Made by a program: the position numbers and the translations under genes. Shown piece after piece: positions 37,401-51,424 of a stretch of DNA of 64,000 nucleotides. How positions within the stretch are numbered: the first letter of the stretch is position 1; each line of letters begins with the position of its first letter. This stretch comes from Eledone cirrhosa (taxonomy: Eukaryota), in NCBI GenBank assembly GCA_964016885.1, contig OZ024744.1, positions 129,394,001-129,458,000 on the forward strand, read 5' to 3'. Under the pieces are notes generated by a model, which ran no database searches, was not told the origin of the DNA, and saw only the letters and a program-made list of their open reading frames with translations.

Positions 37401-39162
37401 GTTGGGGTTAATTTAAGTTGGGGTTAAGTTAAGTTGGGGTTAATTTAATTTGTGGTTAAGTTAAGTTGGGGTTAAGTTAAGTTGGGGTTGAGTTAAGCTG
37501 GGGTTAAGTTAAGTTGGGGTTAAAATAAGTTGGGGTTAAGTTAAGTTGGGGTTGAGTTAAGTTGGGGTTGAGTTAATTCGGGGTTAAGTTAAGTTGGGGT
37601 TAACTTAAGTTGGGTTTAATTTAAGTTGGGGTTAAGTTAAGTTGGGGTTATAATTAAGTTGGGGTTAAGTTAAGTTGGGGGTAAGATAAGTTGGGGTTAG
37701 TTAAGTTGCGGTTAAGTTAAGTTGGGGTTAAGTTAAATTGGGTTTAAGTTAAGTTGGGGTTAAGTTAAGTTGGGGTTAATTTAAGTTGGGGTTAATTTAA
37801 GTTGGGGTAAAGTTAAGTTGGGGGTAAGTTAAGTTGGGGTTAAGTTAAGTTGGGGTTAAGTTGTGGTTAAGTTAAGTTAGGGTTAACTTAAGTTGGGGTT
37901 GTGTTAAGTGGTGGTTATGTTAAGTGGTGGTTATGTTAAGTTGGGGTTAAGTTAAGTTGGGGTTATGTTAAATTGGGGTTAAGTTAAGTTGCGGTTAAGT
38001 TAAGTTGGGGTTAAGTTAAGTTGGGGTTAAGTTAATTAGGGTTAAGTTAAGTTGGGGTTAAGTTAAGTTGGGGTTAAGTTAAGTTGGGGATAAGTTAAGT
38101 TGAGGATAAGTTAAGTTGGGGTTAATTAAGTTGGCTTTAAGTTAAGTTGGGGTTAAGTTAAGTTGGGGTTAAGTTAAGTTGGTGTTAAGTTAAGTTGGTT
38201 AGTTAAGTTGAGTTTAAGTTAAGTTGGGGTTAATTTAAGTTGGGGTTAAGTTAAGTTGGGGTTAAGTTAAGTTGGGGTTAAGTTAAGTTGGGGTTCAGTT
38301 AAGTTGGGGTTAAGTTAAGTTGGGGTTAAGTTGGGGTAAAATTAAGTTGGGGTTAAGTTAAGTTGCGGTTAAGTTAAGTTGAGGTTAAGTTAAGTTGGGG
38401 TTAAGTTAAGTTGGGGTTAAGTTAAGTTGGGGCTAAGTTAAGTTGGAGCTAAGTTAAGTTGGGGCTAAGTTAAGTTGGGGTTAAGTTAAGTTGGGGTTAA
38501 GTTAAGGTGGGGTTAAGTTAAGTTGGGGTCAACTTAAGTTGGGGTTAATTTAAGTTGGGGTTAATTTAAGTTGGGGTGAAGTTAAGTTGGGGTTAAGTTA
38601 AGTTGGGGTTAAGTTAAGTTGGGGTTACGTTAAGTTGGGGGTAAGTTAAGTTGGTGGTAAGTTAAGTTGGGGGTAAGTTAAGATGGGGTTAAGTTAAGTT
38701 GGGGTTAATTTAATTTGGGGTTAAGTTAAGTTAGGGTTAAGTTAAGTTGGGGTTGAGTTAAGTTGGGGTTAAGTTAAGTTGGGGTTATGTTAAGTTGGGG
38801 TTAAGTTAAGTTGGGGTTAAGTTAAGTTGGGGTTCAATTAAGTTGCGGTTAATTTAAGTTGGGGTTAAGTTAAGTTGGGGTTAAGTGAAGTTGGGGTTAA
38901 GTTAAGTTGGGGTTAAATTAAGTTAGGGCTAAGTTAAGTTGAGGTTATGTTAAGTTGGTGTTAAGTTAAGTTGGGGTTAAGTTAAGTTGGGGTTAAGTTA
39001 AGTTGGGGTTAAGTTAAGTTGGGTTTAAGTTAAGTTGGGGCTAAGTTAAGTTGGGGTTAAGTTAAGTTGGGGTTAAGTTAAGTTGGGGTTAAGTTAGGTT
39101 GGTGTTAAGTTAAGTTGGGGGTAAGTTAAGTTGGGGGTAAGTTAAGTTGGTGTTAAGTTAAG
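34475..39162 (+). repeat. 16-bp satellite block 3 (4,688 bp, type A)
   Basis: 16-mer array carrying A-type markers TTAAATTGGGTTT (~37735) and GTTGTGGTTAAGTTAAGTTAGGG (~37860). Confidence 0.97.
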
Positions 39163-40604
39163 TTAATCTTTTTACGTTTTTCTGATTTTTTGCATGTTTT
39201 GAAATTTAAAAAAAACGTAAAAAATTAATGCTTTTACAAATATTTTGAAATATTTACTTTCTGGTTTCAAATTTTGCAAATTAAATTTTTTTCTAAAAAA
39301 ATCAGTTTTCGAAATCAGAAGTTAATATTTCGAAAAACGCAATTTAAAAAACTCATATTAATTTTTTTTCGAATGAAGTTTTTTTATGCTTTTAGAAATA
39401 TTTATATCTGATTTAAAATATTGATTTTTTTAGGTTTACCTTATATAATCAAATTTTTTTAGGTTTTTCGAAATATCTTATATAATCAATTTTTTTTAGG
39501 TTTTTCGAAAAAGAATGAATTTGAGTTCATAGTCAAAATATATACTTCTGCATTAATCTTTGATTTTTTGCATGTTTTGAAATTTAAAAAAAACGTAAAA
39601 AATTAATGCTTTTACAAATATTTTGAAATATTTACTTTCTGGTTTCAAAGTTTGCAAATTAAATTTTTTTCGAAAAACCTAAAAAAATCAGTTTTTGAAA
39701 TCAGAAGTTAATATTTCGAAAAACGCAATTTGAAAAACTCATTAATTTTTTTTCGAATGAAGTTTTTTATACTTTTAGAAATATTTCAAATAGTGATTTT
39801 TTTAGGTTTTTCGAAATATCTTATATAATCAATTTTTTTTAGGTTTTTCGAAAAAGAATGAATTTGAGTTCATAGTCGAAATATATACTTCTGCATTAAT
39901 CTTTGATTTTTTGCATGTTTTGAAATTTAAAAAAAACGTAAAAAATTAATGCTTTTACAAATATTTTGAAATATTTACTTTCTGGTTTCAAAGTTTGCAA
40001 ATTAAATTTTTTTCGAAAAACCTAAAAAAATCAGTTTTTGAAATCAGAAGTTAATATTTCGAAAAACGCAATTTGAAAAACTCATATTAATTTTTTTTCG
40101 AATGAAGTTTTTTATACTTTTAGAAATATTTCAAATAGTGATTTTTTAGGTTTTTCGAAATATCTTATATAATCAATTTTTTTTAGGTTTTTCGAAAAAG
40201 AATGAATTTGAGTTCATAGTCGAAATATATACTTCTGCATTAATCTTTGATTTTTTGCATGTTTTGAAATTTAAAAAAAACGTAAAAAATTAATGCTTTT
40301 ACAAATATTTTGAAATATTTACTTTCTGGTTTCAAAGTTTGCAAATTAAATTTTTTTCGAAAAACCTAAAAAAATCAGTTTTCGAAATCAGAAGTTAATA
40401 TTTCGAAAAACGCAATTTGAAAAACTCATATTAATTTTTTTTCGAATGAAGTTTTTTATACTTTTAGAAATATTTATATCTGATTTCAAATATTGATTTT
40501 TTTAGGTTTTTTGAAAGACCTTATATAATCAATTTTTTTTAGGTTTTTCGAAAAACCTTATATAATCAATTTTTTTAGGTTTTTCGACAACCTTATATAA
40601 TCAA
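39163..40604. repeat. AT-rich island 3 (short form, ~4 units, 1,442 bp)
   Basis: Same junctions as the other islands. Has a 2-bp deletion, CTCATTAAT (~39738), versus CTCATATTAAT. Confidence 0.97.
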
Positions 40605-43600
40605 GTTGAGTTTAAGTTAAGTTGGGATTAAGTTAAGTTGGGGTTAAGTTAAGTTGGGGTTAAATTAAGTTGGGGTTAAGTTAAGTTGGAGTTAAGTTAA
40701 GTTGGGGGTAAGTTAAGTTGGGGTTAAGATAAGTTGGGGTTAAGTTAAGTTGGGGTTGAGCTAAGTTGGGGTTGAGTTAATTTGGGGTTAAGTTAAGTTG
40801 GGGTTAAGTTAAGTTGGGTTTAAGTTAAGTTGGGGTTAAGTTAAGTTGGGGTTAAATTAAGTTGGGGTTAAGCTAAGTTGGGGTTAAGTTAAATTGAGGT
40901 TAAGTTAAGTTGGGGTTAATTTAAGTTGGGGTTAAGCTAAGTTGGGGTTAAGTTAAATTGAGGTTAACTTAAGTTGGGGTTAAGTTAAGTTGGGGTTAAT
41001 TTAAGTTGGGGCTAAGTAAAGTTAAGTGGGGGTTAAGTTAAGTTAGGGTTGAGTTAAGTTGGGGTTAAGTTAACTTTGGGTTAAGTTAAGTTGGGTTTGA
41101 GTTAAGTTGGGGTTAATTAAGTTGGGGTTAAGTTAAGTTGGGGTTAAGTTAAGTTGGGGTTAAGTTAAGTTGCGGTTAAGTTAAGTTGAGGTTAAGTTAA
41201 GTTGGGGTTAAGTTAAGTTGGGGTTAAGTTAAGTTGGGGCTAAGTTAAGTTGGGGCTAAGTTAAGTTGGGGCTTAGTTAAGTTGGGGTTAAGTTAAGTTG
41301 GGGTTAAGTTAAGGTGGGGTTTAGTTAAGTTGGGGTCAACTAAAGTTGGGGTTAAGTTAAGTTGGGGTTCACTTAAGTTGGGGTTAAGTTAAGTTGGGGT
41401 TAAGTTAAGTTGGGGTTTATTTAAGTTGGGGTTCAGTTAATTTGGGGTTAAGTTAAGTTTGGGTTAAGTTGGGGTTAAATTAAGTTGGGGTTAAGTTAAG
41501 TTGGGGTTAAGTTAAGTTGGGGTTAATTTAAGTTGGGGTTAAGTTAAGTTGCGGGTAATTTAAGTTGGGGTTAAGTTAAGTTGGGGTTAAGTTAAGTTGG
41601 GGTTAAGTTAAGTTGGGGGTAAGTTAAGTTGGGGGTAAGTTAAGTTGGGGTTAAGTTAAGTTGGGGTTAAGTTAAGTTGGGGTTAAGTTAAGTTAGGGTT
41701 AAGTTAAGTTGGGGTTGAGTTAAGTTGGGGTTAAGTTAAGTTGGGGTTATGTTAAGTTGGGGTTAAGATAAATTGGGGTTAATTTAACTTTGTGGTTAAG
41801 TTAAGTTGGGGTTAATTTAAGTTGGGGTTAAGTTAAAGTGGGGTTAAGTTAAGTTGGGGTTAAGTTAAGTTGGGGTTAAGTTAATTTGTGGTTAAGTTAA
41901 GTTGGGGTTAAGTTAAGTTGGGGTTAAGTTAAGTTGGGGATAAGTTAAGTTGAGGATAAGTTAAGTTGGGGTTAATTAAGTTGGCTTTAAGTTAAGTTGG
42001 GGTTAAGTTAAGTTGGGGTTAAGTTAAGTTGGGGTTAAGTTAAGTTGGTTAGTTAAGTTGAGTTTAAGTTAAGTTGGGGTTAATTTAAGTTGGGGTTAAG
42101 TTAAGTTGGGGTTGAGTTAAGTTGGGGTTCAGTTAAGTTGGGGTTAAGTTAAGTTGGGGTTAAGTTGGGGTAAAATTAAGTTGGGGTTAAGTTAAGTTGC
42201 GGTTAAGTTAAGTTGAGGTTAAGTTAAGTTGGGGTTAAGTTAAGTTGGGGTTAAGTTAAGTTGGGGCTAAGTTAAGTTGGAGCTAAGTTAAGTTGGGGCT
42301 CAGTTAAGTTGGGGTTAAGTTAAGTTGGGGTTAAGTTAAGGTGGGGTTAAGTTAAGTTGGGGTCAACTTAAGTTGGGGTTAATTTAAGTTGGGGTTAACT
42401 TAAGTTGGGGTTAAGTTAAGTTGGGGTTAAGTTAAGTTGGGGTTAAGTTAAGTTGGGGTTACGTTAAGTTGGGGGTAAGTTAAGTTGGTGGTAAGTTAAG
42501 TTGGGGGTAAGTTAAGATGGGGTTAAGTTAAGTTGGGGTTAATTTAATTTGGGGTTAAGTTAAGTTAGGGTTAAGTTAAGTTGGGGTTGAGTTAAGTTGG
42601 GGTTAAGTTAAGTTGGGGTTATGTTATGTTGGGGTTAAGTTAAGTTGGGGTTAAGTTAATTTGGGGTTCAATTAAGTTGCGGTTAATTTAAGTTGGGGTT
42701 AAGTTAAGTTGGGGTTAAGTTAAGTTGGGGTTAAGTTAAGTTGGGGTTAAATTAAGTTGGGGTTAAATTAAGTTGGGGTTAAGTTAAGTTGGGGTTATGT
42801 TAAGTTGGTGTTAAGTTAAGTTGGGGTTAAGTTAAGTTGGGGTTAAGTTAGGTTGGTGTTAATTTAAGTTGGGGGTAAGTTAAGTTGGGGGTAAGTTAAG
42901 TTGGTGTTAAGTTAAGTTGGGGTTAAGTTAAGTTGGGGTTAAGTTAAGTTGGGGTTAAGTTAGGGTCGAGTTAAGTTGGGGTTAAGTTAAGTGGGGGTTA
43001 TATTAAGTTGGGGTCAAGTTAAGTTGGGGTTAAGTTAAGTTGGGGTTCATTTAAGTTGCGGTTAAGTTAAGTTGGTGTTAAGTTAAGTTGGGGTTAAGTT
43101 AAGTTGGGGTTAAATTAAGTTGGGGTTAAGTTAAGTTGGGGTTAAGTTAAGTTGGGGTTAAATTAAGTTAGGGTTGAGTTAAGTTGGGGTTAAGTTAAGT
43201 TGGGGTTATATTAAGTTGGGGTTAAGTTAAGTTGGGGTTAAGTAAAGTTGGGGTTCAGTTAAGTTGCGGTTAAGTTAAGTTGGGGTTAAGTTAAGTTAGG
43301 CTTAACTTAAGTTGGGATTAAGTTAAGTTGGGGGAGAGTTAAGTTGGGGGTAAGTTAAGTTGGGGTTAAGTTAAGTTGGGGTTAAGTTGGGGTTAAGTTA
43401 ATTTAGGGTTAAGTTAAGTTGGGGTTGAGTTAAGTTGGGGTTAAGTTAAGTGGTGGTTATGTTAAGTTGGGGTTAAGTTAAGTTGGGGTTAATTTAAATT
43501 GGGGTTAATTTAACTTTGTGGTTAAGTTAAGTTGGGGTTAATTTAAGTTGGGGTTAAGTTAAGTTGGGGTTAATTTAATTTGTGGTTAAGTTAAGTTGGG

Positions 43601-45292
43601 GTTAAGTTAAGTTGGGGTTGAGTTAAGCTGGGGTTAAGTTAAGTTGGGGTTAAAATAAGTTGGGGTTAAGTTAAGTTGGGGTTGAGTTAAGTTGGGGTTG
43701 AGTTAATTCGGGGTTAAGTTAAGTTGGGGTTAACTTAAGTTGGGTTTAATTTAAGTTGGGGTTAAGTTAAGTTGGGGTTATAATTAAGTTGGGGTTAAGT
43801 TAAGTTGGGGGTAAGATAAGTTGGGGTTAGTTAAGTTGCGGTTAAGTTAAGTTGGGGTTAAGTTAAGTTGGGGTTAAGTTAAGTTGGGGTTAAGTTAAGT
43901 TGGGGTTAATTTAAGTTGGGGTTAATTTAAGTTGGGGTAAAGTTAAGTTGGGGGTAAGTTAAGTTGGGGTTAAGTTAAGTTGGGGTTAAGTTGGGGTTAA
44001 GTTAAGTTAGGGTTAACTTAAGTTGGGGTTGTGTTAAGTGGTGGTTATGTTAAGTGGTGGTTATGTTAAGTTGGGGTTAAGTTAAGTTGGGGTTATGTTA
44101 AATTGGGGTTAAGTTAAGTTGCGGTTAAGTTAAGTTGGGGTTAAGTTAAGTTGGGGTTAAGTTAATTAGGGTTAAGTTAAGTTGGGGTTAAGTTAAGTTG
44201 GGGTTAAGTTAAGTTGGGGATAAGTTAAGTTGAGGATAAGTTAAGTTGGGGTTAATTAAGTTGGCTTTAAGTTAAGTTGGGGTTAAGTTAAGTTGGGGTT
44301 AAGTTAAGTTGGTGTTAAGTTAAGTTGGTTAGTTAAGTTGAGTTTAAGTTAAGTTGGGGTTAATTTAAGTTGGGGTTAAGTTAAGTTGGGGTTAAGTTAA
44401 GTTGGGGTTAAGTTAAGTTGGGGTTAAGTTAAGTTGGGGTTAAGTTAAGTTGGGGTTAAGTTGGGGTAAAATTAAGTTGGGGTTAAGTTAAGTTGCGGTT
44501 AAGTTAAGTTGAGGTTAAGTTAAGTTGGGGTTAAGTTAAGTTGGGGTTAAGTTAAGTTGGGGCTAAGTTAAGTTGGAGCTAAGTTAAGTTGGGGCTAAGT
44601 TAAGTTGGGGTTAAGTTAAGTTGGGGTTAAGTTAAGGTGGGGTTAAGTTAAGTTGGGGTCAACTTAAGTTGGGGTTAATTTAAGTTGGGGTTAACTTAAG
44701 TTGGGGTGAAGTTAAGTTGGGGTTAAGTTAAGTTGGGGTTAAGTTAAGTTGGGGTTACGTTAAGTTGGGGGTAAGTTAAGTTGGTGGTAAGTTAAGTTGG
44801 GGGTAAGTTAAGATGGGGTTAAGTTAAGTTGGGGTTAATTTAATTTGGGGTTAAGTTAAGTTAGGGTTAAGTTAAGTTGGGGTTGAGTTAAGTTGGGGTT
44901 AAGTTAAGTTGGGGTTATGTTAAGTTGGGGTTAAGTTAAGTTGGGGTTAAGTTAAGTTGGGGTTCAATTAAGTTGCGGTTAATTTAAGTTGGGGTTAAGT
45001 TAAGTTGGGGTTAAGTGAAGTTGGGGTTAAGTTAAGTTGGGGTTAAATTAAGTTAGGGCTAAGTTAAGTTGAGGTTATGTTAAGTTGGTGTTAAGTTAAG
45101 TTGGGGTTAAGTTAAGTTGGGGTTAAGTTAAGTTGGGGTTAAGTTAAGTTGGGTTTAAGTTAAGTTGGGGCTAAGTTAAGTTGGGGTTAAGTTAAGTTGG
45201 GGTTAAGTTAAGTTGGGGTTAAGTTAGGTTGGTGTTAAGTTAAGTTGGGGGTAAGTTAAGTTGGGGGTAAGTTAAGTTGGTGTTAAGTTAAG
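40605..45292 (+). repeat. 16-bp satellite block 4 (4,688 bp, type B)
   Basis: Copy of block 3 lacking the A-type markers. Confidence 0.97.
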
Positions 45293-46736
45293 TTAATCTT
45301 TTTACGTTTTTCTGATTTTTTGCATGTTTTGAAATTTAAAAAAAACGTAAAAAATTAATGCTTTTACAAATATTTTGAAATATTTACTTTCTGGTTTCAA
45401 ATTTTGCAAATTAAATTTTTTTCTAAAAAAATCAGTTTTCGAAATCAGAAGTTAATATTTCGAAAAACGCAATTTAAAAAACTCATATTAATTTTTTTTC
45501 GAATGAAGTTTTTTTATGCTTTTAGAAATATTTATATCTGATTTAAAATATTGATTTTTTTAGGTTTACCTTATATAATCAAATTTTTTTAGGTTTTTCG
45601 AAATATCTTATATAATCAATTTTTTTTAGGTTTTTCGAAAAAGAATGAATTTGAGTTCATAGTCAAAATATATACTTCTGCATTAATCTTTGATTTTTTG
45701 CATGTTTTGAAATTTAAAAAAAACGTAAAAAATTAATGCTTTTACAAATATTTTGAAATATTTACTTTCTGGTTTCAAAGTTTGCAAATTAAATTTTTTT
45801 CGAAAAACCTAAAAAAATCAGTTTTTGAAATCAGAAGTTAATATTTCGAAAAACGCAATTTGAAAAACTCATATTAATTTTTTTTCGAATGAAGTTTTTT
45901 ATACTTTTAGAAATATTTCAAATAGTGATTTTTTTAGGTTTTTCGAAATATCTTATATAATCAATTTTTTTTAGGTTTTTCGAAAAAGAATGAATTTGAG
46001 TTCATAGTCGAAATATATACTTCTGCATTAATCTTTGATTTTTTGCATGTTTTGAAATTTAAAAAAAACGTAAAAAATTAATGCTTTTACAAATATTTTG
46101 AAATATTTACTTTCTGGTTTCAAAGTTTGCAAATTAAATTTTTTTCGAAAAACCTAAAAAAATCAGTTTTTGAAATCAGAAGTTAATATTTCGAAAAACG
46201 CAATTTGAAAAACTCATATTAATTTTTTTTCGAATGAAGTTTTTTATACTTTTAGAAATATTTCAAATAGTGATTTTTTAGGTTTTTCGAAATATCTTAT
46301 ATAATCAATTTTTTTTAGGTTTTTCGAAAAAGAATGAATTTGAGTTCATAGTCGAAATATATACTTCTGCATTAATCTTTGATTTTTTGCATGTTTTGAA
46401 ATTTAAAAAAAACGTAAAAAATTAATGCTTTTACAAATATTTTGAAATATTTACTTTCTGGTTTCAAAGTTTGCAAATTAAATTTTTTTCGAAAAACCTA
46501 AAAAAATCAGTTTTCGAAATCAGAAGTTAATATTTCGAAAAACGCAATTTGAAAAACTCATATTAATTTTTTTTCGAATGAAGTTTTTTATACTTTTAGA
46601 AATATTTATATCTGATTTCAAATATTGATTTTTTTAGGTTTTTTGAAAGACCTTATATAATCAATTTTTTTTAGGTTTTTCGAAAAACCTTATATAATCA
46701 ATTTTTTTAGGTTTTTCGACAACCTTATATAATCAA
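45293..46736. repeat. AT-rich island 4 (short form, 1,444 bp)
   Basis: Same junctions; no 2-bp deletion. Confidence 0.97.
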
Positions 46737-49700
46737 GTTGAGTTTAAGTTAAGTTGGGATTAAGTTAAGTTGGGGTTAAGTTAAGTTGGGGTTAAATTAA
46801 GTTGGGGTTAAGTTAAGTTGGAGTTAAGTTAAGTTGGGGGTAAGTTAAGTTGGGGTTAAGATAAGTTGGGGTTAAGTTAAGTTGGGGTTGAGCTAAGTTG
46901 GGGTTGAGTTAATTTGGGGTTAAGTTAAGTTGGGGTTAAGTTAAGTTGGGTTTAAGTTAAGTTGGGGTTAAGTTAAGTTGGGGTTAAATTAAGTTGGGGT
47001 TAAGCTAAGTTGGGGTTAAGTTAAATTGAGGTTAAGTTAAGTTGGGGTTAATTTAAGTTGGGGTTAAGCTAAGTTGGGGTTAAGTTAAATTGAGGTTAAC
47101 TTAAGTTGGGGTTAAGTTAAGTTGGGGTTAATTTAAGTTGGGGCTAAGTAAAGTTAAGTGGGGGTTAAGTTAAGTTAGGGTTGAGTTAAGTTGGGGTTAA
47201 GTTAACTTTGGGTTAAGTTAAGTTGGGTTTGAGTTAAGTTGGGGTTAATTAAGTTGGGGTTAAGTTAAGTTGGGGTTAAGTTAAGTTGGGGTTAAGTTAA
47301 GTTGCGGTTAAGTTAAGTTGAGGTTAAGTTAAGTTGGGGTTAAGTTAAGTTGGGGTTAAGTTAAGTTGGGGCTAAGTTAAGTTGGGGCTAAGTTAAGTTG
47401 GGGCTTAGTTAAGTTGGGGTTAAGTTAAGTTGGGGTTAAGTTAAGGTGGGGTTTAGTTAAGTTGGGGTCAACTAAAGTTGGGGTTAAGTTAAGTTGGGGT
47501 TCACTTAAGTTGGGGTTAAGTTAAGTTGGGGTTAAGTTAAGTTGGGGTTTATTTAAGTTGGGGTTCAGTTAATTTGGGGTTAAGTTAAGTTTGGGTTAAG
47601 TTGGGGTTAAATTAAGTTGGGGTTAAGTTAAGTTGGGGTTAAGTTAAGTTGGGGTTAATTTAAGTTGGGGTTAAGTTAAGTTGCGGGTAATTTAAGTTGG
47701 GGTTAAGTTAAGTTGGGGTTAAGTTAAGTTGGGGTTAAGTTAAGTTGGGGGTAAGTTAAGTTGGGGGTAAGTTAAGTTGGGGTTAAGTTAAGTTGGGGTT
47801 AAGTTAAGTTGGGGTTAAGTTAAGTTAGGGTTAAGTTAAGTTGGGGTTGAGTTAAGTTGGGGTTAAGTTAAGTTGGGGTTATGTTAAGTTGGGGTTAAGA
47901 TAAATTGGGGTTAATTTAACTTTGTGGTTAAGTTAAGTTGGGGTTAATTTAAGTTGGGGTTAAGTTAAAGTGGGGTTAAGTTAAGTTGGGGTTAAGTTAA
48001 GTTGGGGTTAAGTTAATTTGTGGTTAAGTTAAGTTGGGGTTAAGTTAAGTTGGGGTTAAGTTAAGTTGGGGATAAGTTAAGTTGAGGATAAGTTAAGTTG
48101 GGGTTAATTAAGTTGGCTTTAAGTTAAGTTGGGGTTAAGTTAAGTTGGGGTTAAGTTAAGTTGGGGTTAAGTTAAGTTGGTTAGTTAAGTTGAGTTTAAG
48201 TTAAGTTGGGGTTAATTTAAGTTGGGGTTAAGTTAAGTTGGGGTTGAGTTAAGTTGGGGTTCAGTTAAGTTGGGGTTAAGTTAAGTTGGGGTTAAGTTGG
48301 GGTAAAATTAAGTTGGGGTTAAGTTAAGTTGCGGTTAAGTTAAGTTGAGGTTAAGTTAAGTTGGGGTTAAGTTAAGTTGGGGTTAAGTTAAGTTGGGGCT
48401 AAGTTAAGTTGGAGCTAAGTTAAGTTGGGGCTCAGTTAAGTTGGGGTTAAGTTAAGTTGGGGTTAAGTTAAGGTGGGGTTAAGTTAAGTTGGGGTCAACT
48501 TAAGTTGGGGTTAATTTAAGTTGGGGTTAACTTAAGTTGGGGTTAAGTTAAGTTGGGGTTAAGTTAAGTTGGGGTTAAGTTAAGTTGGGGTTACGTTAAG
48601 TTGGGGGTAAGTTAAGTTGGTGGTAAGTTAAGTTGGGGGTAAGTTAAGATGGGGTTAAGTTAAGTTGGGGTTAATTTAATTTGGGGTTAAGTTAAGTTAG
48701 GGTTAAGTTAAGTTGGGGTTGAGTTAAGTTGGGGTTAAGTTAAGTTGGGGTTATGTTATGTTGGGGTTAAGTTAAGTTGGGGTTAAGTTAATTTGGGGTT
48801 CAATTAAGTTGCGGTTAATTTAAGTTGGGGTTAAGTTAAGTTGGGGTTAAGTTAAGTTGGGGTTAAGTTAAGTTGGGGTTAAATTAAGTTGGGGTTAAAT
48901 TAAGTTGGGGTTAAGTTAAGTTGGGGTTATGTTAAGTTGGTGTTAAGTTAAGTTGGGGTTAAGTTAAGTTGGGGTTAAGTTAGGTTGGTGTTAATTTAAG
49001 TTGGGGGTAAGTTAAGTTGGGGGTAAGTTAAGTTGGTGTTAAGTTAAGTTGGGGTTAAGTTAAGTTGGGGTTAAGTTAAGTTGGGGTTAAGTTAGGGTCG
49101 AGTTAAGTTGGGGTTAAGTTAAGTGGGGGTTATATTAAGTTGGGGTCAAGTTAAGTTGGGGTTAAGTTAAGTTGGGGTTCATTTAAGTTGCGGTTAAGTT
49201 AAGTTGGTGTTAAGTTAAGTTGGGGTTAAGTTAAGTTGGGGTTAAATTAAGTTGGGGTTAAGTTAAGTTGGGGTTAAGTTAAGTTGGGGTTAAATTAAGT
49301 TAGGGTTGAGTTAAGTTGGGGTTAAGTTAAGTTGGGGTTATATTAAGTTGGGGTTAAGTTAAGTTGGGGTTAAGTAAAGTTGGGGTTCAGTTAAGTTGCG
49401 GTTAAGTTAAGTTGGGGTTAAGTTAAGTTAGGCTTAACTTAAGTTGGGATTAAGTTAAGTTGGGGGAGAGTTAAGTTGGGGGTAAGTTAAGTTGGGGTTA
49501 AGTTAAGTTGGGGTTAAGTTGGGGTTAAGTTAATTTAGGGTTAAGTTAAGTTGGGGTTGAGTTAAGTTGGGGTTAAGTTAAGTGGTGGTTATGTTAAGTT
49601 GGGGTTAAGTTAAGTTGGGGTTAATTTAAATTGGGGTTAATTTAACTTTGTGGTTAAGTTAAGTTGGGGTTAATTTAAGTTGGGGTTAAGTTAAGTTGGG

Positions 49701-51424
49701 GTTAATTTAATTTGTGGTTAAGTTAAGTTGGGGTTAAGTTAAGTTGGGGTTGAGTTAAGCTGGGGTTAAGTTAAGTTGGGGTTAAAATAAGTTGGGGTTA
49801 AGTTAAGTTGGGGTTGAGTTAAGTTGGGGTTGAGTTAATTCGGGGTTAAGTTAAGTTGGGGTTAACTTAAGTTGGGTTTAATTTAAGTTGGGGTTAAGTT
49901 AAGTTGGGGTTATAATTAAGTTGGGGTTAAGTTAAGTTGGGGGTAAGATAAGTTGGGGTTAGTTAAGTTGCGGTTAAGTTAAGTTGGGGTTAAGTTAAAT
50001 TGGGTTTAAGTTAAGTTGGGGTTAAGTTAAGTTGGGGTTAATTTAAGTTGGGGTTAATTTAAGTTGGGGTAAAGTTAAGTTGGGGGTAAGTTAAGTTGGG
50101 GTTAAGTTAAGTTGGGGTTAAGTTGTGGTTAAGTTAAGTTAGGGTTAACTTAAGTTGGGGTTGTGTTAAGTGGTGGTTATGTTAAGTGGTGGTTATGTTA
50201 AGTTGGGGTTAAGTTAAGTTGGGGTTATGTTAAATTGGGGTTAAGTTAAGTTGCGGTTAAGTTAAGTTGGGGTTAAGTTAAGTTGGGGTTAAGTTAATTA
50301 GGGTTAAGTTAAGTTGGGGTTAAGTTAAGTTGGGGTTAAGTTAAGTTGGGGATAAGTTAAGTTGAGGATAAGTTAAGTTGGGGTTAATTAAGTTGGCTTT
50401 AAGTTAAGTTGGGGTTAAGTTAAGTTGGGGTTAAGTTAAGTTGGTGTTAAGTTAAGTTGGTTAGTTAAGTTGAGTTTAAGTTAAGTTGGGGTTAATTTAA
50501 GTTGGGGTTAAGTTAAGTTGGGGTTAAGTTAAGTTGGGGTTAAGTTAAGTTGGGGTTCAGTTAAGTTGGGGTTAAGTTAAGTTGGGGTTAAGTTGGGGTA
50601 AAATTAAGTTGGGGTTAAGTTAAGTTGCGGTTAAGTTAAGTTGAGGTTAAGTTAAGTTGGGGTTAAGTTAAGTTGGGGTTAAGTTAAGTTGGGGCTAAGT
50701 TAAGTTGGAGCTAAGTTAAGTTGGGGCTAAGTTAAGTTGGGGTTAAGTTAAGTTGGGGTTAAGTTAAGGTGGGGTTAAGTTAAGTTGGGGTCAACTTAAG
50801 TTGGGGTTAATTTAAGTTGGGGTTAATTTAAGTTGGGGTGAAGTTAAGTTGGGGTTAAGTTAAGTTGGGGTTAAGTTAAGTTGGGGTTACGTTAAGTTGG
50901 GGGTAAGTTAAGTTGGTGGTAAGTTAAGTTGGGGGTAAGTTAAGATGGGGTTAAGTTAAGTTGGGGTTAATTTAATTTGGGGTTAAGTTAAGTTAGGGTT
51001 AAGTTAAGTTGGGGTTGAGTTAAGTTGGGGTTAAGTTAAGTTGGGGTTATGTTAAGTTGGGGTTAAGTTAAGTTGGGGTTAAGTTAAGTTGGGGTTCAAT
51101 TAAGTTGCGGTTAATTTAAGTTGGGGTTAAGTTAAGTTGGGGTTAAGTGAAGTTGGGGTTAAGTTAAGTTGGGGTTAAATTAAGTTAGGGCTAAGTTAAG
51201 TTGAGGTTATGTTAAGTTGGTGTTAAGTTAAGTTGGGGTTAAGTTAAGTTGGGGTTAAGTTAAGTTGGGGTTAAGTTAAGTTGGGTTTAAGTTAAGTTGG
51301 GGCTAAGTTAAGTTGGGGTTAAGTTAAGTTGGGGTTAAGTTAAGTTGGGGTTAAGTTAGGTTGGTGTTAAGTTAAGTTGGGGGTAAGTTAAGTTGGGGGT
51401 AAGTTAAGTTGGTGTTAAGTTAAG
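46737..51424 (+). repeat. 16-bp satellite block 5 (4,688 bp, type A)
   Basis: A-type markers at ~49997 and ~50122. Confidence 0.97.

Noticed and set aside
39163-40604. Mitochondrial control region/NUMT, tRNA, 5S or spliced-leader gene in the islands
   Set aside because: No cloverleaf, A/B boxes, recognisable leader sequence or mitochondrial gene fragment was seen; AT richness alone is insufficient.
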